From positions 806,001-870,000 of the forward strand of contig OZ025781.1 in the NCBI GenBank assembly GCA_964019425.1: a stretch of DNA of 64,000 nucleotides. The letters are read 5' to 3'. This DNA is from Flectonema sp. DT1601. Taxonomy: Eukaryota. The notes below the pieces were generated by a model. The model had not been told where the DNA came from, made no database searches, and saw only the letters and a program-made list of their open reading frames with translations. Below are positions 36,701 through 46,806 of this stretch, piece by piece. Every line of letters begins with the position of its first letter. Position 1 is the stretch's first letter. Made by a program: the position numbers and the translations under genes.

Positions 36701-38261
36701 TCAAGGATTATTAGAAGCTATTTGTGTATACAATGACACCACTCCACACGAAGACTTTCCAATCAGTAGAAGAGTCGCACCAGCAACGTCGTTGCATTTG
36801 ACTGATGCGGTCCCAAAACCACTTTTTGATGATTTTGTTACTCGGAATTTGGAAATTTTAAACGAGTCACGATACTCGATTCCAGCATTTAATGATCAGC
36901 TGGAGAACAAACTGTCTGTAGCTCTTCATGAACTCAAAGAGCTGTTGAAGATGACTCGCAACCTTTACGAGTCATACCACCCAGTGATGATTAGTCGACA
37001 GTCTGGAGTGTTTCCAAACAACAACACGACAGGTAGGAACACAAGGAATGGATTAAGTGTTTGTATTAAGTCCAGAGGAAGGTGTGAATCAATCGCCTCT
37101 TCGAGATCAGCTGGTTCAGTTCAGCAGCAAATTGATCGTCCGGGAAGTCCGATGAGAACTTTTCAGGTAAAAGCTCAACGAAATCAAATAATAAATATCA
37201 AATCAATATCACCATTAGCTGTAATGACTACTCGTAATAAGCAACCAGTTAGTGAAGGTAACTGTTGGTGGTCCATATCAAAAGAAGCATCCTGGGATAG
37301 AAGACGAACAAGAAGTGGAGGTCGTCGTCACGAACATTATCTTTTCCAAGTTAGCGACAACACCGCCACTGCTGCCCCGAAACTGAAGGAAATGAAACTC
37401 GCTGAAGTCAAAAGGCATGAAAACAACCAACCACCTCCTCCTGACCCTCCCTCAAGAGAACCATTTACAGTAAAGTTGACTACTTTGCGAAAACTTGCAG
37501 CAGCTGGGGTGTCAGTAGCAGCAGCCTGTTTTATTGTGACAGTCACCGAATTAGAAGGAGTTGAGAAGTATGTAATGTCTGAAGGAAGTAGGAGTAGCTC
37601 TTCCATATTTGATGAGTCAACTAACCAACTGACTGTTTATAGCAAAGAAACAGTTTCATCTCAATCTTTATCCTTCGCAGTACCAACAGCTCCACTTACG
37701 ATAACTGTGAGTGATTCCACGAGGAGAGGGAAGAATAGTTCTCTTTTTATTGAATCAGTTGACAGATCTGTTTCTTGTCCTGTCAGTGATGAAACTTTTA
37801 TTGTCAAAGAACCAAAACAACAAAGTCCTGATACTGATGTAAGTGAATGGCTTGAAGATATCAGTGTTGCTGCTGTTGTTGGAGAAACTGCTAGAAACAT
37901 GCCGTTAGTAGTAGGGAGTTGTACATCCTCTCCAGGGATTGTTGTTCAGTCTTTCGGAGTTGGAAGAACTAGTCGGATGGTTCCTCGTAAACAACATGGA
38001 AGTCCACATACAACTATTCCAACTCCTCCAACAGTTAGTGAACTCTTAAAGCAAGGTCCTCCAGGAGCTCCAAGGTACCCTGCTGTGTATTCCCCTTCAA
38101 AACCAAAAAGACCACGATCAGGAGCATTAACTTCAAGAATGACTGCTTTACATCTTCATGCTTTATCTAATGGTCATCGGCCTTTAACAGGAAGACAGCG
38201 ACCCAAACCACATTCTCCATCAGAATCATTTACACCTGCTCTTGGTATTGTTTTAGATTAA
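33765..38261 (+). CDS. EF-hand plus WD40-repeat protein (WDR49/EFCAB8-like), 1498 aa
   Basis: EF-hand LFRTIDYNGDERITWDEF. WD40 motifs TCSLDGTIRILDL, TTDVRGYVKVWDL, AHCDDVTRL...TTGDDRRVLIWD. Disordered C-terminus. Confidence 0.85.
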   Translation: MDILQGLQCDRLDDLRSTFEKDPNGLLVDDFVDSLEKYTSCLSDTDGRLTGLFRTIDYNGDERITWDEFTSYAIESHLKGTSQRPHERIRGYRCTGTVESNDTIQKVSHLKHWGNDGKIVTFCKGRAFQLFDSKTFTLQAVLPQTVVGCGTPTACEYIPTIQNIVTGSSDRKMRVLDRDFTIRQVLPVDSTQLKYVWHPQSESLFASNRLGHLTCYDIGKNVDVLIDSDDNKKKGRRTRKVESWAMHNKPIMDFAFIPNSPQKVTTCSLDGTIRILDLNRQVGNPTWGNGKFESQLIGTHENGVLGLSHCDQHHYLCSVGYESQAYCWVTNVSNHKSCLIDHSSPHKGTFVGIHAVPGTPEVITTDVRGYVKVWDLRMFKCVQTFLMGRTLPAEDEDVVVNPYSSSSTQIKQHTTMCYIDSLRQLVTAEWRRIYVHQPEGLQVLPSRSSLQPTSPSKLFNSSSTSTVQQTSSDEDHIVTALIYNCNQGSFVTSSGKDIKMWDLYHGCLTSHYHNMSTSDITGLCLDQFGRRLYIGSQEGHVQCRVYHTCCEIYSCGVSARHVAEVTSMKYIPSKRILITSAVDGSILLHHDKDRGTTALRIFCEKQNNSSPDVIRLATSASLSLFAFCSSETVSLRDISYPKKPLTEISLSSSVAANNNQHKTEIISVHFLGNKPVVVLSISGGRFLAYSCRPMQRSNVSDHVLIGRWSNSIEYDIKMNLMSERLSELISICMSDEFCDRESFLPEIIAESVTGSGGVSCFESSIQFPSVSCLCYDEDSHILWTGDSKGTITAWSMCKLFQKYKLHDLTYPVRLNPDGSLPNCTKLPPVVDILTDQNAVTFIRSWRAHCDDVTRLSLHPESGVVLTTGDDRRVLIWDCTGTLLVELNNEKHYPNGYPCCNENSNQESKIKIKGYTHDKLLRYLETGLSDECELNEETELLQQSVRYQTDKQSERIQRITVTCAHDSERLEKLLTQRSTTQGLLEAICVYNDTTPHEDFPISRRVAPATSLHLTDAVPKPLFDDFVTRNLEILNESRYSIPAFNDQLENKLSVALHELKELLKMTRNLYESYHPVMISRQSGVFPNNNTTGRNTRNGLSVCIKSRGRCESIASSRSAGSVQQQIDRPGSPMRTFQVKAQRNQIINIKSISPLAVMTTRNKQPVSEGNCWWSISKEASWDRRRTRSGGRRHEHYLFQVSDNTATAAPKLKEMKLAEVKRHENNQPPPPDPPSREPFTVKLTTLRKLAAAGVSVAAACFIVTVTELEGVEKYVMSEGSRSSSSIFDESTNQLTVYSKETVSSQSLSFAVPTAPLTITVSDSTRRGKNSSLFIESVDRSVSCPVSDETFIVKEPKQQSPDTDVSEWLEDISVAAVVGETARNMPLVVGSCTSSPGIVVQSFGVGRTSRMVPRKQHGSPHTTIPTPPTVSELLKQGPPGAPRYPAVYSPSKPKRPRSGALTSRMTALHLHALSNGHRPLTGRQRPKPHSPSESFTPALGIVLD

Positions 38262-38558
38262 GGTAATCGAAAAGTTATTATTAAATTTAAATATTATTTT
38301 TCTATAAATTTATTTTGTTTTGTTTATGGTTCGTGAACCGTGTTGCGTTCGCTTCTTTGTCTTTTTTTTACATTTACACCTCAATTATCTTAACCTGCTT
38401 ATCTTTTCCTTTTTATTTGTTCTAAACATTTCAAAAAAATTGATATTTTCAAAAATAATTTCGACTTGAATTGTCATCGTGTCATTGTTCTTGTTCTTGG
38501 TTCATATTAGTGGGATTTGTTAAATTATTGTTTCAGGTTGCCCACCCCCTAAATAATA

Positions 38559-40814
38559 ATGGAGGGTGAGCTGAAAGAAGATGATGATCCCGACAGCGAT
38601 CACATGTCAGATTGTTCAAACGAGCCATCACTTACTGTGGAAGTACCAGTCGATGATTATGACAACGACGATAGTGAAATCCATGAAATCCATCAAACTT
38701 CAATAAGTAGGTGGAAGTATTACCTTCCAATATTATTATCACCTGTTGTGGCGATAGTAACTGGTCTATTAGCTTATCAAGGTCTTTATGATTATGAGAA
38801 TTGGGTAGTTGATGTATCCCACACACAGATTGCTAACGTCGTTGCATCACAACTACGATCAACCTTATTGCTTACAATAAAAGACTGCGCTGGAGTGTCC
38901 CGTTTGTTCTCGACGGGTACTGAGGATGTCACAGTCGATCAGTTTAAAAACTACGTTGAATTTATTAGTAAAGACAGTCACAGTTACTTTAAAGCTCTTG
39001 AGTGGATTCCCTACATCGACAGTCCAGAACAACGAGACCGACTTGTCAAAGAAATGCAAGTTTCTTATAAAGAACGTTACTTGAATGTGAATCCAAATAG
39101 TACGTACCCGGAATTCTTGTTTTATAATATAAATAAAAGTCAGTCAGTGTTGGCCGATGAAAACTTTCCAGTCTACTTTGTTGAACCTTATGAAGATAAC
39201 ATCGTTGCTCATGGATTGGATTTGGCTTCAAATCCTGTGAGGCTTGCAGCGATTAAGTCATCGAGAGCTACCTTACAAATGGTAGCAACCAGAAGAGTAA
39301 CATTAGTCCAGGAAACTGGATTTCAATTTGGTAGTTTATTATTTATTCCTGTTGTTGTTAATCATGTTTTTAAAGGTTTTTCTCTTGGAGTCTACCGTCT
39401 TGGGGACTTGGTGGAATTTTCAATGGATGGTGTCGGTCACAGTGGGATCACAATTCATCTTTTTGATGTAACTCCTGGAGCAAACAATGAATTGTTATTT
39501 AGTGAGTTCCCTCACACTGCTGACTCGGAGATGTATGAAATTATTCATTCTCCTTCCAATCAACGTAGACACATAATTGACTTTGGGACTCGTCAGTGGG
39601 AACTTATTGTTCTGAGAAATAAAGGTTTCGAAGACGCAAAAAGAACCCGAACTCCAATAGTTACTTCTATTTTACTGTCAATTGTATTTGGAACTACTAC
39701 TCTGTTTGTATGTGGTCTTATAAGTCAGTCGAGAGCATCAAAAAGACATCTCGAAATCGTTCTCGAAGTATCAGCAAGGACAGCAGCAGCAGTATCATTG
39801 ATGGAATTAGATTCGGTTAGTTTTTTACGATCGTTAGACAAAGACGCGCATCCACTTCTATTAGCGTTCAGGGATATCGTTAATGTGTTGGTGGAGTATA
39901 AAAGATTCTTACCAGATGTAATTAGAAGTAAGAATGTTGTCACAACTAAGTTAACACCAACCAGGGAACGAATTCAAAAATGTCAAGCGAATATTGCTTT
40001 GTCAGCTCTTAGTCAAGATCATCTTATAAATCCTCACAATCTGGGTGTTCAATCACTTCAGATTACAGCTGTTGCTTTCTCTTTGAGTTCATTCTCATCT
40101 GTTATTGAGAGTCAGGTTAACGCTTTACTTTCAACTGTTCATTCAAATGTTATAAAAAGAAAAGGAAACGTCGTTACTACAGTCGCATCCCAAGTTCACT
40201 GCGTATTCACTGGATACTCAATTTCAGAAGCTAGAAATGTGATTCGCGAAGTGATGACTGAACTTAAACAAACATCAATAGTAGTTGCAATGACTCAAGG
40301 AAGATGTGTTATTTGTGTTGCTGGAGGTTCTCTAGTTCGATACCCGGTCATTCATGGAAAAGTTGGATACCAAATTGATGAGCTGATGCAGTATGCTCGC
40401 GCTCTTAAGATATCCGCTCTGTGTGGTAACATGAGATGCGAACTACCTCCTGAGCAGTTCAATTTTGTGGATCGAATCAAAGGAGGTCGTTGTATTTATC
40501 AACTTTCATTCTTTTCAACAATCGAAGAATCAGCAATCTGGTTATTCTGTGAACCCGTTGATGACATGACAGAGAGATATAGAGATCTAACGGAGGCTTG
40601 TGTTTTAATGTTTGGATTACAATATGAAGCAGCTCTTACTGTTTTAAAGAGTTGTCCTCCTTGTTCTATTGTGACTCATCACGTTCTTAGGGCAAAGCTA
40701 AAAGATTCAACGCCTTTAGACTTATCGTTTACAAGCGTTGCATCTACTATCCCAGTTGTTGTTATAAAAAAGAAACGACGAAAGAGTGCCGCAGTATTGA
40801 AGACGGAAGACTAA
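38559..40814 (+). CDS. Membrane receptor: TM-CHASE-TM plus degenerate class III nucleotidyl-cyclase-like domain
   Basis: CHASE signature FPVYFVEPYEDNIVAHGLDLASNPVRLAAI...VTLVQE...GSLLFIPV...GFSLGVYRL between two hydrophobic helices. Pre-cyclase helix EYKRFLPDVI, then cyclase-like strands. Confidence 0.8.
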   Translation: MEGELKEDDDPDSDHMSDCSNEPSLTVEVPVDDYDNDDSEIHEIHQTSISRWKYYLPILLSPVVAIVTGLLAYQGLYDYENWVVDVSHTQIANVVASQLRSTLLLTIKDCAGVSRLFSTGTEDVTVDQFKNYVEFISKDSHSYFKALEWIPYIDSPEQRDRLVKEMQVSYKERYLNVNPNSTYPEFLFYNINKSQSVLADENFPVYFVEPYEDNIVAHGLDLASNPVRLAAIKSSRATLQMVATRRVTLVQETGFQFGSLLFIPVVVNHVFKGFSLGVYRLGDLVEFSMDGVGHSGITIHLFDVTPGANNELLFSEFPHTADSEMYEIIHSPSNQRRHIIDFGTRQWELIVLRNKGFEDAKRTRTPIVTSILLSIVFGTTTLFVCGLISQSRASKRHLEIVLEVSARTAAAVSLMELDSVSFLRSLDKDAHPLLLAFRDIVNVLVEYKRFLPDVIRSKNVVTTKLTPTRERIQKCQANIALSALSQDHLINPHNLGVQSLQITAVAFSLSSFSSVIESQVNALLSTVHSNVIKRKGNVVTTVASQVHCVFTGYSISEARNVIREVMTELKQTSIVVAMTQGRCVICVAGGSLVRYPVIHGKVGYQIDELMQYARALKISALCGNMRCELPPEQFNFVDRIKGGRCIYQLSFFSTIEESAIWLFCEPVDDMTERYRDLTEACVLMFGLQYEAALTVLKSCPPCSIVTHHVLRAKLKDSTPLDLSFTSVASTIPVVVIKKKRRKSAAVLKTED

Positions 40815-41573
40815 TTTTATCTTCTTCCAGAATGTGGTATTTAAGCTCTGGAGGTGAGCATTTAGACTGCCACTTACTGAAAGCTTTGGTAAGTTTTTTC
40901 AATCAGCTATGAAAGTATAAAACTTTACACTTCGTTTTTTTTGTTATTTGTTGTTTTTTTATTAATAATCTTTTGTTATGAATAAAATCGAACACGTTGT
41001 GTGTATTACTGAGAAAAAGAATCTGCCCAAGGATGTTCTTGTCTGGTGTAGTTTTCTTTACTCTTTGTTTTGTTTTGAGTCTTGTATACCTTATTTAGTT
41101 TCTTTCCTCTGCCACATGCTGTGATGCAATTCACGGTTTTTGGGAGTACATTTCATTAAGGAATGTACTCATATGTTCTGTTCGTTTTTGTTTGATTTGA
41201 TTTGTTTATGTCTTCTCGATTAGCCTTAAAAAATTAGACAAAGTATTAATTTACAACAATAGATACATTACTTCGTATTCGTCTCTATTAAATGTCACAC
41301 ATATTCATGTTACTTGAAGCAACGGTATCAATACGCGAGTGTAAGAAGCCCCCTACCCCTTCTCGGTGGCTTAGAGAAAATTAATACTCCTCTACAGGAG
41401 TTCCTCGTCTCTTTTACTAAATAAATCAAATCCAAGACCTGATTTTCTGTTTTTGGTTTTTCTGTGGACGAGTACAACACTCTTACGATTTCGATATTTT
41501 CTTTCTATTCGGATTCAGTGGGTGAGAGTGACCTGACCATATCTGTGATATAATTATTAAAACAGGTGAGTAA

Positions 41574-43472
41574 ATGATTTCAATTATATTGAGGTTAGCA
41601 TTAGTTCTATGGTTTGCCACAATAGTACTTGTGTACTTGTCGAAAGCGTCGGCTCCCATGAGTTTAGAATTGAGTGTTGAACATGAAACAGACCATCTAT
41701 TTGTTCCGAGAGGTAAAAAAAAGAAGAGGAGGACTAAAGCTCAGCGACAACAGAGAAGAGAAGTTCTACACCGCAGAAGAGCACTGAAGAGAGCTAGACG
41801 ACTGACAAGGTTCTGTTCTGATCCCAGACAACTGAGTGACTTAACAGCGATACTACTTGAATCAGTTGATGACTTGCCTTTATTAAATATTTCATACGAC
41901 GGCTATCAATTATGTGAACCAGGTTATGGAGGTTTCAATTGCTCTGTCACCTGGTCATCATGGATGCCTCCTCCGAATACGAAAGTTTTCGAAGCCAAAA
42001 ATGAAGATATCAACGACCAGTACATCAGCAGCATCCCAACACCACCAGCTGTAAGTATTCCATTCAAAGCTCAGACTATTGCTGACGTCGGATCAAAACA
42101 AGGATATGGAAGTATCATGATGGCTAATTCCCTTCATCGTTATCAACAAGGTGGAATGGTAGTTGCTGTCGATACTTGGACAGGAGATGTTTCAGATTGG
42201 ACTTCAAATATAACATTGATTGGTGGCCATCCTCATTTCTACGATTCCTTTTACTCGAATGTTTATAAATCAGGACTCGGAAACTATGTTTTCCCTTTTG
42301 CGACAACACCTGACACCGTTTCACGTTTCTTCAGAGGTGTTACCAACTTTGATATCGTTCGCGTGACACAAGACGGAGACTACGACTTGTTTGAAGTTGT
42401 TCGGACCTGGTGGGTTTCGTTAAAACTTGGTGGACGTTTGCAGGGAGGAGATTACAGCAAGTACCCATCACTACTACAGTTTGCTAAGTCAACAGATTGT
42501 ATACTCCACGTGATTCCTAAGACTGATGAATGGTTCTTAACAAAGACATCTTCTGAGAAGCTCTGCATACCAGCGTACCCTGAGAAAGAATTTAATAAAG
42601 GATGGGATCATTCTTTTGAATGTACTAATCAGTCTTGTAATGGAGGAATATGTGACACAAGCGGACCATTAGAAAGGTGTCGATGTTCTGTTGGGAGAGG
42701 AGGTCAAAAATGTCAAATCAGCCGATCTGTTGCAAACCCTTCAAATCCTTTCTTTCCAAGGCCGGCCTCAAGATTTCATTCAGCAGAAACAGATGGATGG
42801 AATGGTGGAAGGGAATCATTCGAAGAAATATTTAAAAGCAACAACTTCACAACCGTGATTGATGTTGGAGTCTGGTTGGGTAAGTCTTCAATCACAATGG
42901 CATCCCTACTTCGAGAAAAAGGAAATGGTGGAATGGTAATTTCTGTAGACCCTTGGACTGGCGCTGTTGAACATTGGAAAGATTATGGTCCAAAATGGAA
43001 TGATTTGAAGAGAATTGAGAAAGGGTTTCCGAGGCTATTCGAAGCTTTTCGTTCTAATGTAATTCGAGAAGGATTTCAAGATTACATAACACCATTTCCT
43101 GTTGCTAGTAAGACAGCTGCAGAAATCTTCAAAAGCTACGGATACACAGCTGACCTCATTCACATCGATGCATCACACGATTATGAAAGTGTCCTCCAAA
43201 ATCTCCGCGACTGGTGGCCAGTCGTCTCACCCGGAGGATTCATTTATGGAGACGACTACTCCTCATGTCCTGAAGTTCGTGCAGCCGTTGACGAATTCGC
43301 TCTCAACGAAATAGGCATTCCATTGCAGTTCTTTGGGCCGGGGAAGTCATTGCCTAAAACCTGTGTGGGATGTAAGTTTGCTATTCCGAAACCTATTTAT
43401 GAAGAATTAGAAGGGGATAATGATAACAATACTCGTTACGCAGGAGTAGTAGTTGGTGACCCCAGCTGTTAG
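41574..43472 (+). CDS. Signal-anchored protein with two EGF-like motifs and two class I SAM methyltransferase (Methyltransf_24-like) domains
   Basis: N-terminal hydrophobic anchor. EGF-like CEPGYGGFNC and CRCSVGRGGQKC. MTase motifs VIDVGVWLGKSS, VISVDPW, DLIHIDASHDYESV, PGGFIYGDDY, with a diverged first copy. Confidence 0.85.
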   Translation: MISIILRLALVLWFATIVLVYLSKASAPMSLELSVEHETDHLFVPRGKKKKRRTKAQRQQRREVLHRRRALKRARRLTRFCSDPRQLSDLTAILLESVDDLPLLNISYDGYQLCEPGYGGFNCSVTWSSWMPPPNTKVFEAKNEDINDQYISSIPTPPAVSIPFKAQTIADVGSKQGYGSIMMANSLHRYQQGGMVVAVDTWTGDVSDWTSNITLIGGHPHFYDSFYSNVYKSGLGNYVFPFATTPDTVSRFFRGVTNFDIVRVTQDGDYDLFEVVRTWWVSLKLGGRLQGGDYSKYPSLLQFAKSTDCILHVIPKTDEWFLTKTSSEKLCIPAYPEKEFNKGWDHSFECTNQSCNGGICDTSGPLERCRCSVGRGGQKCQISRSVANPSNPFFPRPASRFHSAETDGWNGGRESFEEIFKSNNFTTVIDVGVWLGKSSITMASLLREKGNGGMVISVDPWTGAVEHWKDYGPKWNDLKRIEKGFPRLFEAFRSNVIREGFQDYITPFPVASKTAAEIFKSYGYTADLIHIDASHDYESVLQNLRDWWPVVSPGGFIYGDDYSSCPEVRAAVDEFALNEIGIPLQFFGPGKSLPKTCVGCKFAIPKPIYEELEGDNDNNTRYAGVVVGDPSC

Positions 43473-44745
43473 TGCCTCATCGTCACTCTTCTGAGGATGA
43501 AACTCTCCACCAACTTCGTCGTTTCTCGTGAAAGAAGCCAATAGAGCTCAGAGATGATGAGGATAGTACTTCCAGCATCTCTAACCCACATAACGTCGTT
43601 TCTGGAACGTTTCTTTCCAAAGCCACAAGTCCCAATGACAACACCAGATGACTATAACACATTGGAATGTAGACTTCTCTCACGATGAAGACCTGGAGAT
43701 TTACAGCTCGCAACGTGAAGACTCGTCTAAACCGTACGCAGAAAACTCATTTTCAGTTGAAGCTCACCAGTCGCTCTCCTTCAGCATCAGTTCAGTAGTT
43801 TCTATTGAAACCGTTCGAGTAGTACTTCAGCTGTGAACGTTTCCAACGTGTTGTGGAGTTAGCGAACCTAACTGGAACCTGATGAAATATTTTTGTTGCC
43901 GAAGAAACTTGTCTACTTTTCGAATTCTTTTTTTTTTTACAAAAAAAAAAAAAAAAAAAAAAGGATTTTACTTAATATTTGCATTAATATTCTCTCTACT
44001 CTCCTTTTTTTTTTTTTTATTCCCCGTTTTCCCATTCTTCTTTCGTTTGAGAAAAATCTGATTTACTTTGTTGATCCCACACAACCCAGACAACGTCTTC
44101 TACGGGTACTTTGATCGATTGTTTGTAGAGTGTTCGTCTATGGAGGTTACTGAAATAAAAAAATATTTTTTATTCCTCGCGGAACGTAAAGGAAAGACAT
44201 CCCTCCCTTAACTAAAACACATTCTGAACCTAATCTTGAGCCTCCCTAATCAGTTGGATCAAAAAAATAGAGTATTGTTACCAAATGCCTCTATATTTAC
44301 ACTAAATTAATGCTAATGATGTGCGTGAGACGTTGTTTTGTTTTATCTTAACTATGAATACTAAATATATTTTAGTGGTTTTATTGTCTTATTTTCTCAA
44401 ATGCATTTTTTTTCTTTCTTTTTTAATAATCACATCTATATTCAGGGATTCTTCGCTGAAGAAGGGCTGATAGTTCGTATCTTTTGCGTCATGTTTGATC
44501 TCATCGACACTATTGTTTTAGTACTTCATTGTTTTATTCAGTCTTAACTATATTAATGGATGAAAGGTGGTCAAATATGACATCAACGCCAACAGTAGTG
44601 ATATTATTGAGTAGAACCTGACCTTACTTTCTTTTTTGTGTTTTTTTTTTTTTTTCAGTTTAAAAAATTATATAAAAAAAATTAGACTTTTTTAATAGTC
44701 TTGAATTCCATTTATAATTATGAAAATAACAAACAACAATCCACA

Positions 44746-46185
44746 ATGAGAACTCCTTTAATATTCATAGCAGTGATTGGAGTCAGCGCTGTCATTGTTG
44801 AAAGTTTGATGTACGACAGCTTCCACGACAACAATAAAATAAATAAACAATTTCTTAGTGAAATAAGCGTTTCAAATATTACTGTTACTGATCATAAGAA
44901 ATATACTAATGAAGTAATGAACAAAACAATTGAGACGACAAAAGAGATAAAACCGTTTCTAAGACCAACCTTAACTGGTTTATCACAATCAACAGTTCCA
45001 TTGCTACCAACTCCGAATATTAAATCAGAGAAGTCAACAACTTGGACGACAACATACGACCCATCGATAATGTCAGCGATGTGTTATATAAAAGTTTCAA
45101 ACATATGTGTTCACGAGGGTGAGTTTATATTTTACTATCCAAAAGAGATACTTAAAAAATATAAACCTGTCTTTTACAGAGGAAACACAAAAAACACTTT
45201 GGTACCTGCGCAAACAAACAAACACAAAGGCAACATCGGATTATGCAACGAAGGGATTAGAAAAGGAAGTCCTGACGTTCAGTTTCGGATTGAGAGAGAG
45301 AGAGAAGATCCCCCAAAAGGATGGAAAGTCGTCGGGGAAGACACGCAATTAAACTTATTACATTGCTGGGAGTACGTCGGTTATCATTTGTGGTATTGTT
45401 TAATTGGAGTGTTTCTCAGATATAATCGTCACGGTGGTGATGTTAACAGTCAAAAGGAAATAGCGTTGACGACAGTCTCAGGAATGGGCGACACCATCCG
45501 ACTTGGATCGCAGTCAAATTGGAACCAAACATCTCGAGGTAAGCGACCTCGAGATAATTCAAAATATTGGCCGCTTTGGAATTCAATAATTGATTCCCCC
45601 TCTGATATTTGGGTTTTATACGACCGCAAAGATCCAATCTGTTTTAAAACAGCTGTTTTGGGATCTCCAAATCCGTATTCTGTTACCGTCTCTGAGTGGA
45701 GGAGTTTTCTAACTTCTTTCAAAAAAAGAATGCGACTTCCTGAAAGACAACTTCCTAAATCAGAATCAGATTATCAAATTATTCTAATCGAGAGGAAGAA
45801 CTCTTACAGAATTCTAAATGTGGATGACGTCATGAAATCACTTAAAGAAATCTCATCAAATACCCGACTCGTTGTTTGGGAAGATATGGATGTAATGCAA
45901 CAACTTCAAACTGCAACACTCTCTGACGTAATCATAGGAACTCATGGTAGTGGTTTAACTTGGTCAGCTCTCCTTCCATTAGGAGGTTCTATTATTGAAC
46001 TGTGGCCTGGAGAAGCCTACAACGGAAACTACATCACAATCGCTAACAAGACCGGTCTTCATCACTTTGAACTATCACACGGAAAGAATCAAAAAAGGAA
46101 GACTAGATTTGACTACCACGTCGACATCACTAAGTTATGCGACACTATAAAACAAGCAATTCAATTAATGCAAACGAAGAGATAA
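44746..46185 (+). CDS. Glycosyltransferase family 61 (type II membrane), 479 aa
   Basis: N-terminal TM helix. C-terminal GT61 motifs IILIERKNSYRILNVDDV and EDMDVMQQL...SDVIIGTHGSGLTWSALLP-GGSIIEL. Confidence 0.85.
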   Translation: MRTPLIFIAVIGVSAVIVESLMYDSFHDNNKINKQFLSEISVSNITVTDHKKYTNEVMNKTIETTKEIKPFLRPTLTGLSQSTVPLLPTPNIKSEKSTTWTTTYDPSIMSAMCYIKVSNICVHEGEFIFYYPKEILKKYKPVFYRGNTKNTLVPAQTNKHKGNIGLCNEGIRKGSPDVQFRIEREREDPPKGWKVVGEDTQLNLLHCWEYVGYHLWYCLIGVFLRYNRHGGDVNSQKEIALTTVSGMGDTIRLGSQSNWNQTSRGKRPRDNSKYWPLWNSIIDSPSDIWVLYDRKDPICFKTAVLGSPNPYSVTVSEWRSFLTSFKKRMRLPERQLPKSESDYQIILIERKNSYRILNVDDVMKSLKEISSNTRLVVWEDMDVMQQLQTATLSDVIIGTHGSGLTWSALLPLGGSIIELWPGEAYNGNYITIANKTGLHHFELSHGKNQKRKTRFDYHVDITKLCDTIKQAIQLMQTKR

Positions 46186-46250
46186 AAAAAAAAAAAAAAA
46201 AACTTTTTTTTTCTCCCTTTTTTTATTTTTTTTTTTGCATTTAACAAGTA

Positions 46251-46674
46251 TTGTAAGAACGAAAAAGAATGTTGGCAGCACACGTAAGCCTCCTTTAGCT
46301 TTATCAGTTTAAGTCGGTTCACGGTTTCGTGCATACAAAAAAACAAAAAATCACAGTGTTATATCATTATTTTCTGTATAGTTGAAGTTAAAGCCAATTC
46401 TTTTTTTAATTCCTGCTAGTATACCGGACAAGGTGGAAGCAAAGTGTTTCTAGATCTCCTGATCTAGTATGATCTGTGCTGATACGGTTCTTCCTACTAC
46501 CGCAGTATTGGGGACTACTCTTTGAGTGTCTACCTAACCGATACTCGGTGGTCTGATGGACTTGATAACTAACTAATTTGATAAAACGTTTAATCTTAGG
46601 CCGAAACCAACTTGTTTGTTGTCCTACGAAAATTTTCTTTTTTTTTTTGATTGACTGATAATTATTAATACTAA
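46251..46674 (+). repeat. Dispersed repeat segments shared with 4741-4809 and 7916-8018
   Basis: GAAAAAGAATGTTGGCAGCA identical at 4752 and 46261. TTGTCCTACGAA...TTGACTGATAA..ATTAATACTAA shared by ~7953-8018 and ~46619-46674. Confidence 0.85.
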
Positions 46675-46806
46675 CTAATTCAAAACCTAATCCACAGTTA
46701 CTAACAAACTTCTTAACAATAAATTAATTACTATTTTACATAAGTAGGTTAACACCTATTTTAGACAGTGAGAACCCCACAAGCAAATGGTCAACACAAC
46801 ACACAC

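Noticed and set aside
31280..41551. 21-nt near-identical motif ACCTGACC(T/A)TATCTGTG(T/A)TAT at 31280 and 41531
   Set aside because: Too short and isolated to interpret without genome-wide counts.
41910..42715. EGF motifs as substrates of the neighbouring GT61 (EOGT-like)
   Set aside because: The EOGT consensus C-x-x-G-x-S/T-G-x-x-C needs Ser/Thr; both motifs have Gly at that position.
43473..43870. Coding-like stretch after the methyltransferase stop (possible pseudogene or readthrough)
   Set aside because: Stops in the frames examined and no recognisable protein similarity.
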